Shown piece after piece: positions 45,401-59,031 of a stretch of 64,000 nt of DNA; position 1 is the stretch's first letter; every line of letters begins with the position of its first letter. Origin of the DNA: Eledone cirrhosa (Eukaryota). The DNA lies in the NCBI GenBank assembly GCA_964016885.1, contig OZ024744.1, positions 82,646,001 to 82,710,000 on the forward strand, in the 5' to 3' direction. The translations under genes were made by a program, and so were the position numbers. The notes beneath the pieces were generated by a model, which was not told the origin of the DNA, ran no database searches, and saw only the letters and a program-made list of their open reading frames with translations.

Positions 45401-45856
45401 AAGGAACTGAATTTGTAATTCAATGGTCCAAACTTGTTCCATATTGTGTTACGCTGAACCTGCGTGGGCACACGCGTTTGTGGAATACTCAATAATTTAG
45501 TCGATAATTCACATGCCGCATGTTCAATCGAGCAAATAACCAAATGATCATCGTCAAAAGCGATGGAGAATCAGAATTTAATCCATTATCTAATTTACTT
45601 TATGATCGTAGAATGTGATTCGAGCGAGATTTAACTCATAATTTTAGCAGGTCAAGCGGAGGCGTAGCGGTTTCTTCGTTGAAATTGTGCACTTACTCAA
45701 ACCTTTAACTGCCATATTTCTAATGAAATTCACTGCTTATAAATTTCAAATCATTTTGAAAATAATCAAGAATTTAGAGGGATTTATTAATATAACTATC
45801 TTTCTCATCATTAAGCTACTGTTTGGGAGATAACTTAACAGAACAGAAAGACACAG

Positions 45857-46005
45857 CGGTGTATTGGCAGAGTCGTTAGAATGCCGGATAGAATGCTTTG
45901 CAGCAATTATTCCGACTTCCTGTTCTCTTCAAACCCCGCCGGTGTCATCTTTGATTTCATCCATTTAAGGTCGATAAAAAAGTACCAGTTTAACACTGGG
46001 GTCAA
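45857..46005 (+). mobile_element. Divergent Nin-domain SINE
   Basis: tggcagagtcgttaga...ttcaaaccccgccg...tttcatcc...ggtcgataaaaagtaccag. Confidence 0.65.
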
Positions 46006-46179
46006 TTCTCCCTCTGCATCTGTTTCTCACTTCCTTTCTCTCTGGAAGAAATCTGCTGTTTTCAGACGTGGAGGTGACATGGGTTCCGTCAAGTTTATAA
46101 ATACCCTAGAAGGACCACATGTCAATATGGCGCCTCTTCGACCTCCTTGGGAGATATTGGTACATACATACATATATAC

Positions 46180-48133
46180 ATGGTGGCTGCCAACTCGTTT
46201 TCGAGTACGGCCACTACTTTATATCCATGTAGGAGAACCCCTACCGATGCGCTGAACGAGTGTGACTTTTTAGTCCAGCCAGCGACTTGAAAACTCTGGT
46301 ACAAACACTACACTTGTGACAATTACTGACACATAGTGCTGGGCCCATGGTACCATGTGACGACAAGTGCAGAGAGATCTCCAGATATAAAGCAATGCCT
46401 GTGCCGTGAAGCTTTTATAGTGAGCAAAGGCACTGCATAAAGCCAGTCCCACTCTCTTAACCAAGATGATATTTACCAAAAAGAAGAACAAGTCAACATC
46501 ATTGGATACCATCAGGGTTGCAGGTGTTATATCAGAGTTTTCCTTCTCCTAGAATTCTGCCTTGACATATATACATACATACATACATACATACAACAAA
46601 CAATACAAGAGAAGAAGTACATCTACGGACCGTTGATGAGGAGTTTGCAGATCCAGTATCCAAGATACTCCTTCAGCTTCATACCCATTATTATTGGAGC
46701 TACAGGTTATATACCAACCCACTTGGACGAAAGTATGAATAAACTTGGATTTGTGGACAATGAGCGCAGCTCACTAATTCATAGACTATAAATGGCTACA
46801 ATATCTGGCACCTTCAAAATTTGCAAAACATTCTTGCGATTCAAGGGATGACAATTCCTTTTCTTTTACAACCTTGCCACCAGGAAGGTGGCCGGTCATA
46901 AGTGTACTCAAAATTAAGAGAAAGAGCGACATACATAAGTACATACATAAATACATACATACATAAATACATACATAAATACATACATACATGCATGATG
47001 GCTGCCTCCTCGTTATCGAGTATGGCCATTGCACGATATACCATTATTAATAATTATTAATTAATTCTATCGTGCAATGCCTGTGCGTGAAGATAATTTT
47101 TAAAGTGAGGAAAGACTGCACTGAGCCAATCCCACTCTCTGAGCGACAGTAGTTATAACCCGAAAAGAAGAAATGATCAACATCATCAGTAACTACTAAG
47201 CCGCAGGTTTTATATCGGAGTTATCCCAGTTTCCTGACTTGCCTTCTCCTAGAAGAATGTCCTGACAAAGGCTAGGGGTCCTTCACTCCCAGTGCTTTAA
47301 CCACGCGACCGGGTGTCCAGCACGACTATTGCTATGTCCCCGCGCAAATACATACACATGCACCCATGTATATATATACATATACATATGTACAAGTGTA
47401 TATACATATTTACACACTTTTGGATGGCCGTTGACCCTTATGAGTTCTTCCGCCCTTTGTCAGGTTTTGTTTTTTGTCCTGCAGGGTGTCCAAAATCACC
47501 CTCCTCACCAAGAAAACTTGGTGGGGTTGCCGGTTGAGTCGCTGACGACCCGACCATGCGACAGGTTTTACTGGGTTACATGTTACCAGTAGCACTCAAG
47601 AATGACCCGACATACATACATACATACATATATACATACATACATACATACATACATACATACATACATACATACATACATACATACATACATACATGGT
47701 GGCTGCCAACTCGTTTTCGAGTACGGCCACTACTTTATATCCATGTAGGAGAACCCCTACCGATGCGCTGAACGAGTGTGACTTTTTAGTCCAGCCAGCG
47801 ACTTGAAAACTCTGGTTCAAACACTACACTTGTGACAATTATTGACACATAGTGCTGGGCCCATGGTACCATGTGATGACAAGTGCAGAGGGATCTCCAG
47901 ATATAAAGCAATGCCTGTGCCGCGAAGCTTTTATAGTGAGCAAAGGCACTGCACAAAGCCAGTCCCACTCTCTTAACCAAGATGATATTTACCAAAAAGA
48001 AGAACAAGTCAACATCATTGGATACCATCAGGGTTGCAGATGTTATATCAGAGTTTTCCTTCTAGAATTCTGCCTTAACAAAGGCTAAGGGTCATCTCTC
48101 ATGCATACATACATACATACATACATACATACA

Positions 48134-48169
<36 letters not shown>

Positions 48170-48776
48170 TGGTGGCTGCGAACTCGTTTTCGAGTACGGC
48201 CACTACTTTATATCCATGTAGGAGAACCCCTACCGATGCGCTGAACGAGTGTGACTTTTTAGTCCAGCCAGCGACTTGAAACCTCTGGTACAAACACTAC
48301 ACTTGTGACAATTATTGACACAGTGCTGGGCCCATGGTACCATGTAACGACAAGTGCAGAGAGAAAATCCAGATATAAAGCAATGCCTGTGCCGTGAAGC
48401 TTTTATAGTGAGCAAAGGTACTGCACAAAACCAGTCCCACTCTCTTAACCAAGATGATATTTACCAAAAAGAAGAACAAGTCAACATCATTGGATACCAT
48501 CAGAGTTGCAGGTGTTATATCAGAGTTTTCCTTCTCCGAGAATTCTGCCTTGACAAAGGCGAAGGGGTCATCTCTCCCGGCGATTTTGGATGGCCATTGA
48601 CTCTTAAGAGCTCCTTTGCCCATTGACAGGTTTTGTTTTTAGTCCTGCAGGATGTCCAAAGTCACCCTCCTCACCAAGAAACCTTGGTGGCGTTGCCAGT
48701 TTAGTCGCCAACGACCCGACCATGAAACAGGTTGTACTGGGATACATGTTTCCAGTAGCACCAACTGGTGACCTGA
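46180..48776 (-). mobile_element. Cluster of short non-autonomous RTE-type elements in (TACA)n (46180-46567, 47000-47345, 47417-47610, 47697-48100, 48171-48776)
   Basis: Near-identical copies. The 3' end encodes CSVCTRGFKSLAGLKSHTRSAHR (RTE/BovB-like terminal zinc finger), with a (TATG)n tail. Confidence 0.75.
46597..46930 (+). mobile_element. 3' end of a restriction-like-endonuclease LINE (R4/NeSL-like) inserted in (CATA)n
   Basis: EKKYIYGPLMRSLQIQYP...IPIIIGATGYIP...GTFKICKTFLRF*. Confidence 0.7.
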
Positions 48777-49489
48777 CATAGACATACATATATGCATACA
48801 TACATACATACATACATACATACATACATACATACATACATACATACATACATACAAACAAACAAATAATTTCGAAACAAACAGCTTTGTATCATAGAAC
48901 CAGGATCAGTTTCAGCCAGTTTGGCATGTAAAGGGTTAACAGACAGTGAAAGGTCTCGGACAAAATGTTGATCAAGTTCATGAGGATTATCTTGTTTAGA
49001 CTATTGGTCATTTGTAAATGATGTACAGAACAAGTTCCCACCTTATTCTATGTAAATAGAAAAAAAAACGAAAGAACAACCATCGGGCTTATTTCTAGAT
49101 CCATTGTAAACTCTGTAAATGGCCGACAGGTTGAGCCATTGTTGTTTTGTTGTTGTTCTTCCTATTGTTGCCTGATGCTCTTATTGATGTTGCCTTGTTA
49201 ACTTTTTCCTTACTGCTTCTGCATTTTGTCGTTGTTTATATTTTTAAACTTTTATTTTTGTTCATACCTAAATTTTTTCTTTGTTTGATTCATTTTGTTT
49301 GCTGCTGCTAATGCTACTGTTGCTACTGTTGCTACTGCTGCTGTTCCTGCTGCTGCTACTGAAAACACCAACACCATCAACACCACCAACACACCCCAAC
49401 AGCACCAACACCATCAACACACACACACACACACACATCACCATAAACACTTAAATCCACCACCAATTCCACTGACAAAATCAATACAG

Positions 49490-49501
49490 CCCACCACCAC
49501 C

Positions 49502-49532
<31 letters not shown>

Positions 49533-49563
49533 GCAGCAGCAGCAGTAGCACCACCACCACCGA

Positions 49564-49651
<88 letters not shown>

Positions 49652-49852
49652 GCTACTACTTTTTCGTCTTCCCTCCTCCTCGTCCTCCTACTGTTTATAT
49701 GCATTCTTCTTCTTCTTCTTCTTCTTCTTCTTCTTCTTCTTCTTCTTCTTCTTCTTCTTCTTCTTCTTCTTCTTCTTCTCCTCCTCCTCCTCCTCCTCCT
49801 CCTCCTCCTCCTCCTCCTCCTCCTCCTCCTCCTCCTCCTCCTCCTCCTCCTC
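49490..49852. repeat. Compound trinucleotide run (CAC, CAT, CAG, CTA, CTG, CTT, CTC)
   Basis: Direct reading. Confidence 0.9.
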
Positions 49853-50106
49853 AATATTATGTTGAATTAGCGCAGCTAAAGTTTGTTTTATTTCTTAAGG
49901 ATGTTATTGTCGTTGCTACTGCTGGGGTTGCTGCTGGTACTGCTGCTTCTGCTGATATTACTGCTGCTGTTATTGTTGTTGCTGCTGCTGCTGCTGCTGC
50001 TTCTGTTGCTGCTGCTGCTGCTGTTACTATTGTCATTAGATTTTTTTTTGGTGTTGCCTCTGTTGTTATAGTTTCGGTGTGTTTATTTTAGTTTTTGTTC
50101 CGTTAA

Positions 50107-50592
50107 CCCCCAGCTTCTTTGCCAAGATCTCACCACTACCCCCAGCCTCTTTACTCACACCAACATCTCCACCACTACCCCCAGCTTCTTTACTCATACC
50201 AACATCTCCACCACTACCCCCAGCCACTTTACTCACACCAACATCTCCACCACTACCCCCAGCCTCTTTGCTCACACCAACATCTACACCACTATCCCCA
50301 GCCTCTTTACTCACACCAACATCTACACCACTACCCCCAGCCTCTTTACTCACACCAACATCTACACCACTACCCCCAGCCTCTTTGCTCACACCAACAT
50401 CTACACCACTACCCCCAGCCTCTTTACTCACACCAACAACTCCACCACTACCCCCAGCCACTTTACTCACACCAACATCTACACCACTACCCCCAGCCTC
50501 TTTGCTCACACCAACATCTACACCACTACGCCCAGCCTCTTTGCTCACACCAACATCTACACCACTACCCCCAGCCTCTTTGCTCACACCAA
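50107..50592. repeat. 39-bp minisatellite, ~12 copies
   Basis: Unit caccactacccccagcctctttactcacaccaacatcta. Confidence 0.95.
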
Positions 50593-50683
50593 AATCACCC
50601 CACTCCCGCACCAGCTTCTTTGCCTGCACCACAATTTTCCGCCACCAGCACCATCACCGTCTTTGCTTACACAAAAAAATATC

Positions 50684-51290
50684 CACCACCAGCACCACCG
50701 TCGCCGCAACCATCCCACACCCACCACCTTTCTCTCCCCCGCCGTCACCACGACCTCCACTCCACCACCACCGTCATCACCACCACTACCATCTCCACCA
50801 CCACCACCACCACAACCACCACCAGCACCACCAGCACCACCGTCGCCGCAACCACACTCCACACCCACCACCTCTCTCTCTCCTACCGTCACCACGAGCT
50901 CCACTCCACCATCACCATCATCACCACCACCACCACCATCTCCACCACCACCACCAGCACCACCGTCGCCGCAACCACCACTCCACACCCACCACCTCTC
51001 TCTCTCCTACCGTCACCACAAGCTCCACTCCACCATCACCATCATCACCACCACCAACACCATCTCCACCACCACCACCACCACCACCACCACCACCACC
51101 ACCACCAGCACCACCAGCACCACCATCGCCACAACCACCACTCCACACCCACACTACCTCTCTCTCCTACCATCCATAGCCATGACCTCCACTCCACCAC
51201 CACCACCATCATCACCACCACCAGCACCACCACCACCACCACGCCGCCTTCCTCCCATCACCACCAACACCTCCGCGCCACCCTCTCCAC
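50684..51290. repeat. (CCA)-rich degenerate tandem repeat
   Basis: Recurring block caccgtcgccgcaaccac...ccacctctctctctcctaccgtcaccac. Confidence 0.85.
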
Positions 51291-51522
51291 ACTCACCAAT
51301 CTTAGAGGTGGAGAATGCTAATATTTTCATGACCAACACCGTCATTGCCGTTATTAGGCTTAGACGGATAAGTTCCTTTATAAAACAAATTGACCAATTG
51401 GATGGAAGACATCTCGTAGAAATACGATCCCCCATTCACAATTGACATTGACAAAGTCTTTCTGTTAAGCAACGATGTATGTCTGTCTGTGTGTATGTAT
51501 ATATGTATGTATGTATATATAC

Positions 51523-51576
<54 letters not shown>

Positions 51577-51626
51577 AACATTCGTTGTACTGCCTCTCTG
51601 TTTTGTCCCTGTTCAAATTTTTCCAT

Positions 51627-51688
<62 letters not shown>

Positions 51689-51822
51689 CATATATACTTA
51701 TATTTATACATGCATATATGCATATACATATATGCATATATATATATATATATATGCATATATGCATGTATAAATATAAGTATATATATATATATACACA
51801 CACACACACATATATATTTGTG

Positions 51823-51880
<58 letters not shown>

Positions 51881-52165
51881 CATATATGTAAATACATACA
51901 CACGCAGGCACGCACACACACAGACGCACACACACACAACATACACATGTATGTATAATTGTAAATATATGCATATATGCATATATATATATATGTGTGT
52001 GTAAAGCGAAAAGGAACTCCTAACCCCACCCCGCGCCGCCCGCCCAAAGTACTCACTTTTGAACAGTCATGTAAAATATATATCACCTCTCACTTTCTTA
52101 CTTTAATTACATTAACAACAACAACAGCAATAACAAGAATAACACGGACAGGGGGATGAAGAAGA

Positions 52166-52588
<423 letters not shown>

Positions 52589-52789
52589 GTAAAATACCAA
52601 AAGCAAACATTTGAATAACGAAAGTTGCAACAGCAACAACATCAGTAGCAATACTGGGCCTAAAATGAAATCTCTACGTGTTCGTTCGAGGTACTAGAAA
52701 TAGCAACCAAATTTCCCTCAAATCAAGTGCTCCCGTCTAAGAAATGGTGGGACACAGTGAGTAATATAATATTTAATACTTTATACATA

Positions 52790-53210
52790 ATGGTTAGTAC
52801 TATAGGCACAAACAAGGCCAGCAATTCTGGGGGAAGACAAAGTCGATTAGATCGACACCAGTGCATTACTGGTACTTTATTTTATCGACCCCGTAAGGCA
52901 AAGCTAACCTCAGCTGAATTTGAACTCAGAACGTAAAGGACCTTATTCAAAGCATGTTGGCGGTATGCAGGGTATCTTGTCCGACGCTCTACCGACACTG
53001 TCAGTCTACTGTCCATTATACCTAATTGTTTCTATTTTTGGCACAAGGCCAGCAATTATACCAGTACGCTACTGGTACTTTATTTTATCGACCCCGTAAG
53101 TATGAAAGGCAAAATTAAGCTCGGCGGAATTTGAACTCAGATCATAAAGGGACGTAACTCTTTGCTGCAAAGCATGGCATCCAACCCTCTACCGATACTG
53201 CCAATCCACG
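52790..53210 (-). mobile_element. Two adjacent Nin-domain SINEs
   Basis: Family signature at ~52860-52930 and ~53024-53210. Confidence 0.8.
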
Positions 53211-54169
53211 TCTCTTATACGTAATGTGCCAAACTACGAGATGGTTATAGTAAAAACGTAATTAATCATAGGCATGCCCAAACTAGGCTGTCCTGTGGCT
53301 AAACAATAATAACAACAAAAATTACAGTAGTTTTTATTATACTTTTTGTAGAGAATGACCAGTCTCTTCTCTCTCTCCCATCCTCTCTCTCTCTCTGTCA
53401 CTCCCCTCTCTCTCCCTCCCCCGCTCCCACTCTCTCTCTTGCCATCTGTCACCCCTCTCTTTCTCTCTCTCTCACTCACTCTCTCTTGCCATCTGTCCCA
53501 TCTCTCCATCCTCACTCTCTTCTTATGTCATTCTCACCATTTTATTTTTATTCATTTTCTCCGGTTATAATTTATTCATTACTTGTTATTATTCCTATTG
53601 TTGTTCTTGCTATTGCTGTTATTGTCCTCCTCCTCCCCCTCCTCCTCCTCCTGATCCTGCTCCCCCCCCCTCATCCTCCACATCCTCATCCTCATCACCA
53701 TCATCACCATCATCATCAACATCACGACCATCATCATATCATCATCATTATCATCACCATCGTAATTACCCCCCACCCCCCCCCCACCCCCACCTAAATC
53801 ACGCCAAAGCCACTCCTCCACACCTACTCCCCCTGCCCCCTCCGCCCCCCTCCTCCTCTTCTTCGTTAGTAAGCAATAAAACAAATCGTTTAAATACTTT
53901 ACGGTGGATTTTCCGGTTATTTACGTCCCGAGTTCAAATCCAACCGATATCAATTTCACCCTCGCGGAGTCAATTTGGCAGAACTGTTAGAGCATCGGGC
54001 AAGATACTTGCGGTGGTTATTGCAGATTTTCATGTTCTCAGTTCGAACCCCGTCAAGGTCACTTTTACCACTCATCCTTTTGGGAGTGGGTCGATATAAT
54101 AATGTTCTTGTAAAACAAAAGTAGTAGTAGTAGTAGTAGTAGCATCAGCAGCAGCATCAGCAGTAGTAA

Positions 54170-54199
<30 letters not shown>

Positions 54200-54200
<1 letters not shown>

Positions 54201-54770
54201 CCATGTGCAACCATGCAGTATTCTTCTCCCCGTATTTTTCACATATATTTACCTAAACTGCGATTCTGTGTTTCTCTCTTTCTCTCTTACTGCTCCCTCG
54301 TTCTCTCTGTTTCTCTTACTTTCTTTCGTCCTCTCTGTCATGTCAGTTAACACTTTCTCTCTACTGACCTCTTCCTCGCACTTCCACTCACCCACTCTCT
54401 GTTTCTCCCCTTCTCACTTCCCCCCGTCCGCTACGAACCCGATTTTCCTTCTTTCTTACATCGGATTCACTAGCAGAAGGTCTGTTTCTTACTCGCACAT
54501 GTATTCACCCAGCTTATACTGACAGAATAACCATGTTGCTTGTGTTTCTTTCTATCTTCGGTTAGCTTTCCCCTGTGTTGTTTACTTGTCTCACTCGTTT
54601 TACGCGTTTCAATTGTCCTAATAACTTATTTTAGTTATTGTCGCACCAACGTGAGGTATATGATTTTTAATGCGATGAAATACCAATGATCGTTGGCAAA
54701 TCACTGATGAGGGACTCATTTTATAACATGTAATCCATGTGCAACCATGCAGTATTCTTCTCCCCATATT

Positions 54771-54775
<5 letters not shown>
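54200..54775 (+). mobile_element. ~534-bp pyrimidine-rich unit + 41-bp restart (family D), distantly related to family C
   Basis: tccatgtgcaaccatgcagtattcttctcccc at 54200 and 54734. It lies between (GTA)n and (TA)n and carries the structured motif. Confidence 0.75.
54615..54715 (+). ncRNA. Candidate permuted hammerhead-like RNA with kink-turn, divergent and best-paired copy
   Basis: GUCC-uAAUAACU(uauuuu)AGUUAUUg-UCGCA-CCAACG-UGA-GGUAU-A^UGAUUU-uuaa-UGCGA-u-GAA-AUACC-aau-GA-u-CGUUGG-c-AAAUCA-CUGAUGA-g-GGAC. Confidence 0.75.
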
Positions 54776-54848
<73 letters not shown>

Positions 54849-54851
<3 letters not shown>

Positions 54852-55296
54852 GAGGTTATATTTAATTTGTTGGGATTCAACAAGCTTATATATTTTTATA
54901 ACAGTTATAAAGCACTCAACAGTTTAGTGGAGTAAATATACAATATATTAATAAATGGAAACTATATTTATAAAACCATATTTATTTTATTAAACATATT
55001 TCAAGGGCAACCAAGGCAAATAATGGTGCGCTTTCATCGGATAAAATACAGATTTGTTTTATAAATAAATATTGACATACCCGGAAAAAAGACAACCTTA
55101 ACGGTTGGGGCTATCCAGGAAGCCCCAACCGTTAAGTTTGTCTTTTTTACGGGTATGTCAATATTTATTCATAAAACAAATCTGTATTTTATCTGATGAA
55201 AGCGCATCATTATTTGCCTCGGTTGCCCTTGAAATATGTATAATAAAATAAATATGGTTTTATAAATATAGTTTCCATTTATTAATATATTGTATA
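54849..55296. mobile_element. Fold-back PLE-type element with hammerheads
   Basis: Arms ~54936-55112 and ~55121-55296. Homologous to 43087-43302. Confidence 0.75.
55185..55250 (+). ncRNA. Minimal type I hammerhead (inverted copy at 54983-55048 has CCGAUGA)
   Basis: UAUUUUAU-CUGAUGA-AAGcGCA...UGCcCUU-GAAA-UAUGUA-UA^AUAAAAUA. Confidence 0.8.
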
Positions 55297-55356
55297 TATA
55301 TATATATATATTAATTCAAAATATTAACAAAAATAGATATTCGTGTGATCAAGTAT

Positions 55357-55421
55357 ATTTTATTATACATATTTCAGAGGTACTGAGCTATCTTCAACAG
55401 TACGTCCTCATCAGATAAAAT
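55357..55421 (-). ncRNA. Minimal type I hammerhead
   Basis: AUUUUAU-CUGAUGA-ggacGUACUG...CAGUACcucu-GAAA-UAUGUA-UA^AUAAAAU. Confidence 0.78.
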
Positions 55422-56961
55422 GAGATGCATGACATACCCTGACATAGTAGATGGTTAAGATTCAGTCATGGTAGTGAATATATGACAAGACTCAATATTT
55501 ATATACCTTAAGATAGAGACATGAAAAAACTTTCATATAATACAGAGGGTGCGTGTGAGAAAGCTTAACAATACATTAAAGCAATTTACATAACTGTTAG
55601 AGATTCAAATAATTTAAATTATTGAAGAAAGAAGAAAGACAGGGAGAAACAGATGAGGAAAAAATATAGTTACTAGAAGTATAGAAAGCAAAAGAGAATT
55701 GATCAAGGATAGAGAGACAAAAGGGGAATAATTTTTATAGTATAAAGCATAGATAAATATACATTTGGGCATAGCTTTGTGAAAGAGTAAACTCGAATCT
55801 TTGAATTATCTAGAAGTATCCATCTATCTAAATATTAAATATATCTCGGTGTAATTATATGAGGGTTTAATTTCGAGTCCTCAATTAATAAGAAATATAC
55901 TAACAATTATTTATACACCATATATATTCAAACTTATTCGGCTGACCGTTAAATTTCAAATTCCTTATGTTAGTTCAGAATAATGGATTAAACTAAAGGT
56001 ATAATATTTCAGGCTATAAAAGTTTATAAATGTCTATATTAATATTAAAGTATACTAACATATTTAATTTATAAAATCATATTTAAAGTATTTTCAAACA
56101 TGAGAAAGAAACTCAGTATTTTCATCCACACGAAGGTAAACCATATTAAATTATATTATCTCATATTATTTTCCCATACTAAAATAATTCTCACTATATA
56201 ATTTAGAAAATAATTACAGTTATAACTTTAAAAAATTAAAATTAACAATTACAATTCCCTAAAGCATCTAAATGCCTTATAATTAAACTTAAAAAAGTTA
56301 TTATTAAATTTGATATATTCATTTGTCCAAAGCATATTGTCTAAAGTTCAAAACGATATTAGTCAGTTATACATAACACAATATAATATAATAGAATAAA
56401 TAAGTTACTGTTAATATTGTTACAATTAAGGTTTTAGATCAATTATTGTATCTTAGGATCATGTAATACATATATACTATAAACATTTCATGAATCGTAA
56501 GGAAACGAACCAGATTCAAAATAAATAAGTAAATTGTTTGCGATCATATAAGTGCCAAATATTTAAGCTAATTTAAAATACGAGAACATTTTTTTAAAGG
56601 ATCTATATAGTAGTATAGTATCATATTTAAAGTGTCTGCAAACATGAGAAAGAGAAAACTTAAGATTTTCATCGACCCAAAGGTAAGCAGAATTTAATTA
56701 AATTAAAAAATATTAATCGTTATATAATTTAGAAAATATTTAACAATTATAATACTAGAATGTCCTTAAGTATCTAGAGTACATATAAATGTAGCTAGAA
56801 GGCTGTTATTAAACCAGATATTCACATTTGTCCAAACACATACAGAGTATTCTGTTCGGAACTCAAGACGATATTAGTGATCCAAAACCGTCACTGTTGA
56901 GTGCTTCCAATCTATTGTAAAACTAATTCTTTGATTTATTCATTGAACCTTGTTTAACCTT

Positions 56962-57073
<112 letters not shown>

Positions 57074-57169
57074 TGTGTCTGTCTGTCTGTGCGTAGACAA
57101 GCCCACATCTAAGTAGAAATAGACGCCTAAAATCTTTTTTATCACTTTAAAAAATGAGGATGGATTAGA

Positions 57170-57350
57170 TAATTGTTTCGACTTTTGGCACAAGGCCAGC
57201 AATTATCACAGTGCATTACTGGTACTTTATTTTATCGACCCCGTAAGGATGAAAGGCAAAATTAATCTCAGCACGATTTGAACTAAGACCGTAAAGGGAC
57301 GTAACTCTATGCTGGAAAGCATGGCGTCCGACCCTCTGCCGATACTGCCA
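57170..57350 (-). mobile_element. Nin-domain SINE
   Basis: Family signature. Confidence 0.8.
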
Positions 57351-57889
57351 AATGTAGTCCTAGATATGCTAGATATCCGAAAATGATGCAATGGCTATGT
57401 ACTGGAAGGCGTTTTATTATACCTCAACTGGATCCGAACAGTCGGCTTGATGAACAAAACTGACCTCTCACCTCACCAAGATAACACAGTGTTTAGCTTA
57501 AACACTAGCACAATCATTACCAATTCTATCATATCAAACAACGCCAGTAACACTTCTGCTACGTGGACGTGGGGCGGCCAACAGTTGGGACTCCATTTGC
57601 ACATAATTCGCGGAGATGGGGAAGGGCGGGAGAGATGGAGGCGATGACAGTGGGACTTCGTCTATTCTGTGTTCAGACCTGGCGTGCAACGTCAGCTGTC
57701 CGTAAGGAGGTGAGCGGGACTAACATATACAGGTATATGAATTGAAAGGTTATTAACATAGTGTATAGTTTAACAACACTAAAGTCCTGAGCGCAAGTAT
57801 ATCACCAATGAATGTCAGACGCAAGTATGTCACCAATGAATATTATATAGTCACTGCTAGTAACAGCAGCCGTATTTCCCACAAATTAC

Positions 57890-58410
57890 ATGCTACATCT
57901 TGGAAAAGGAAATGATACATTGGATAATGTAGACGGTATTCTCACATCTGTTACACCTTTTATCACAGATCCACTTAATAGGACTGGCCTTGGGTTAAAC
58001 AATTATAACAACAACATAACAACCCTGAGTACCTTTTTCAATTCCATGTGTCTAACACCCGTGGACATGCCTACACAATCAGAAAACAGTACAGCTCCCA
58101 TGACTTTCGGAAACATTTCTTTCGTGCTCAGATTTGCTGAAGCATGGAACAAACTACTACCTGCATCAGTTGTTAGATGTCTTAAAACTGCATCCTTCAA
58201 AACTTCCATGCTTCTCAAAATTCTCCATCGCTACACCTGATATTGCCCCTTCATACACACGCACGCTTGTGTCTGTGTAGTGTGTATGGTGCGGGTGTGC
58301 CCGTGTGTTTATCATGACTTATACATTGTTCACTTTCCTGACATTTGTACTATACATGCACAGTCGATGAGCTGTATGCATCTGAGCACTGTATACAATA
58401 ATTCTCATTA
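57890..58410 (+). mobile_element. CR1/L2-like LINE 3' remnant
   Basis: Frameshifted ...RGHAYTIRKQYSSHDFRKHF/FVLRFAEAWNKLLPASVV...ASFK, the typical 'WNxLP' C-terminus. Confidence 0.6.
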
Positions 58411-58934
58411 TATATATATATATAATTCCACCTGGGAGTAGCGGGTGTGACGGTGTAGCTAACACTGGTAGTATTAGTGATGCTATTCATGGTCTTGGTA
58501 GTGTTGATGGTGTTGCACGTAGTGTTACGATGGCGTTAGTGTTAATGGTAGTGGTGTTCTGGATATCCGAAACTCTTTCCTACTTACTGCTATCGGGTTG
58601 GAGGTAGCCATCGGCAAGAAAGAATTTCTTGAGTTGAACTGGTTCTTTCAGCACACCTCCGTCGCTATATTCAGGTGTAACACATTCATCCCGCTATTCG
58701 CCTTGACCCTAAAGTACCGTACTACCAGGCGTCGAAGACGCTACTCTTTTCCTAAAATAAGTCTAAAAAAATCTACCATACGTTCTGGAGGCTGAAGGTA
58801 GTTTATTACTTCTTTTCAAATTTTTGGTTGTCAAAATTGGGGTTTGTTCTGGTGGACGAAGCGTCTTCGGCGCCGGGAAGTACAATAACTTCTATCTGTG
58901 ATGTTTTGCGAAGGACATTGAAAGTCTAGGAAAT

Positions 58935-59029
<95 letters not shown>

Positions 59030-59031
<2 letters not shown>

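Noticed and set aside
50066-51445. Pro/Thr/His-rich ORFs resembling mucin or extensin
   Set aside because: The 39-bp and CCA repeats are open in several frames on both strands. I see no splice or signal-peptide support, although a repetitive exon cannot be fully excluded.
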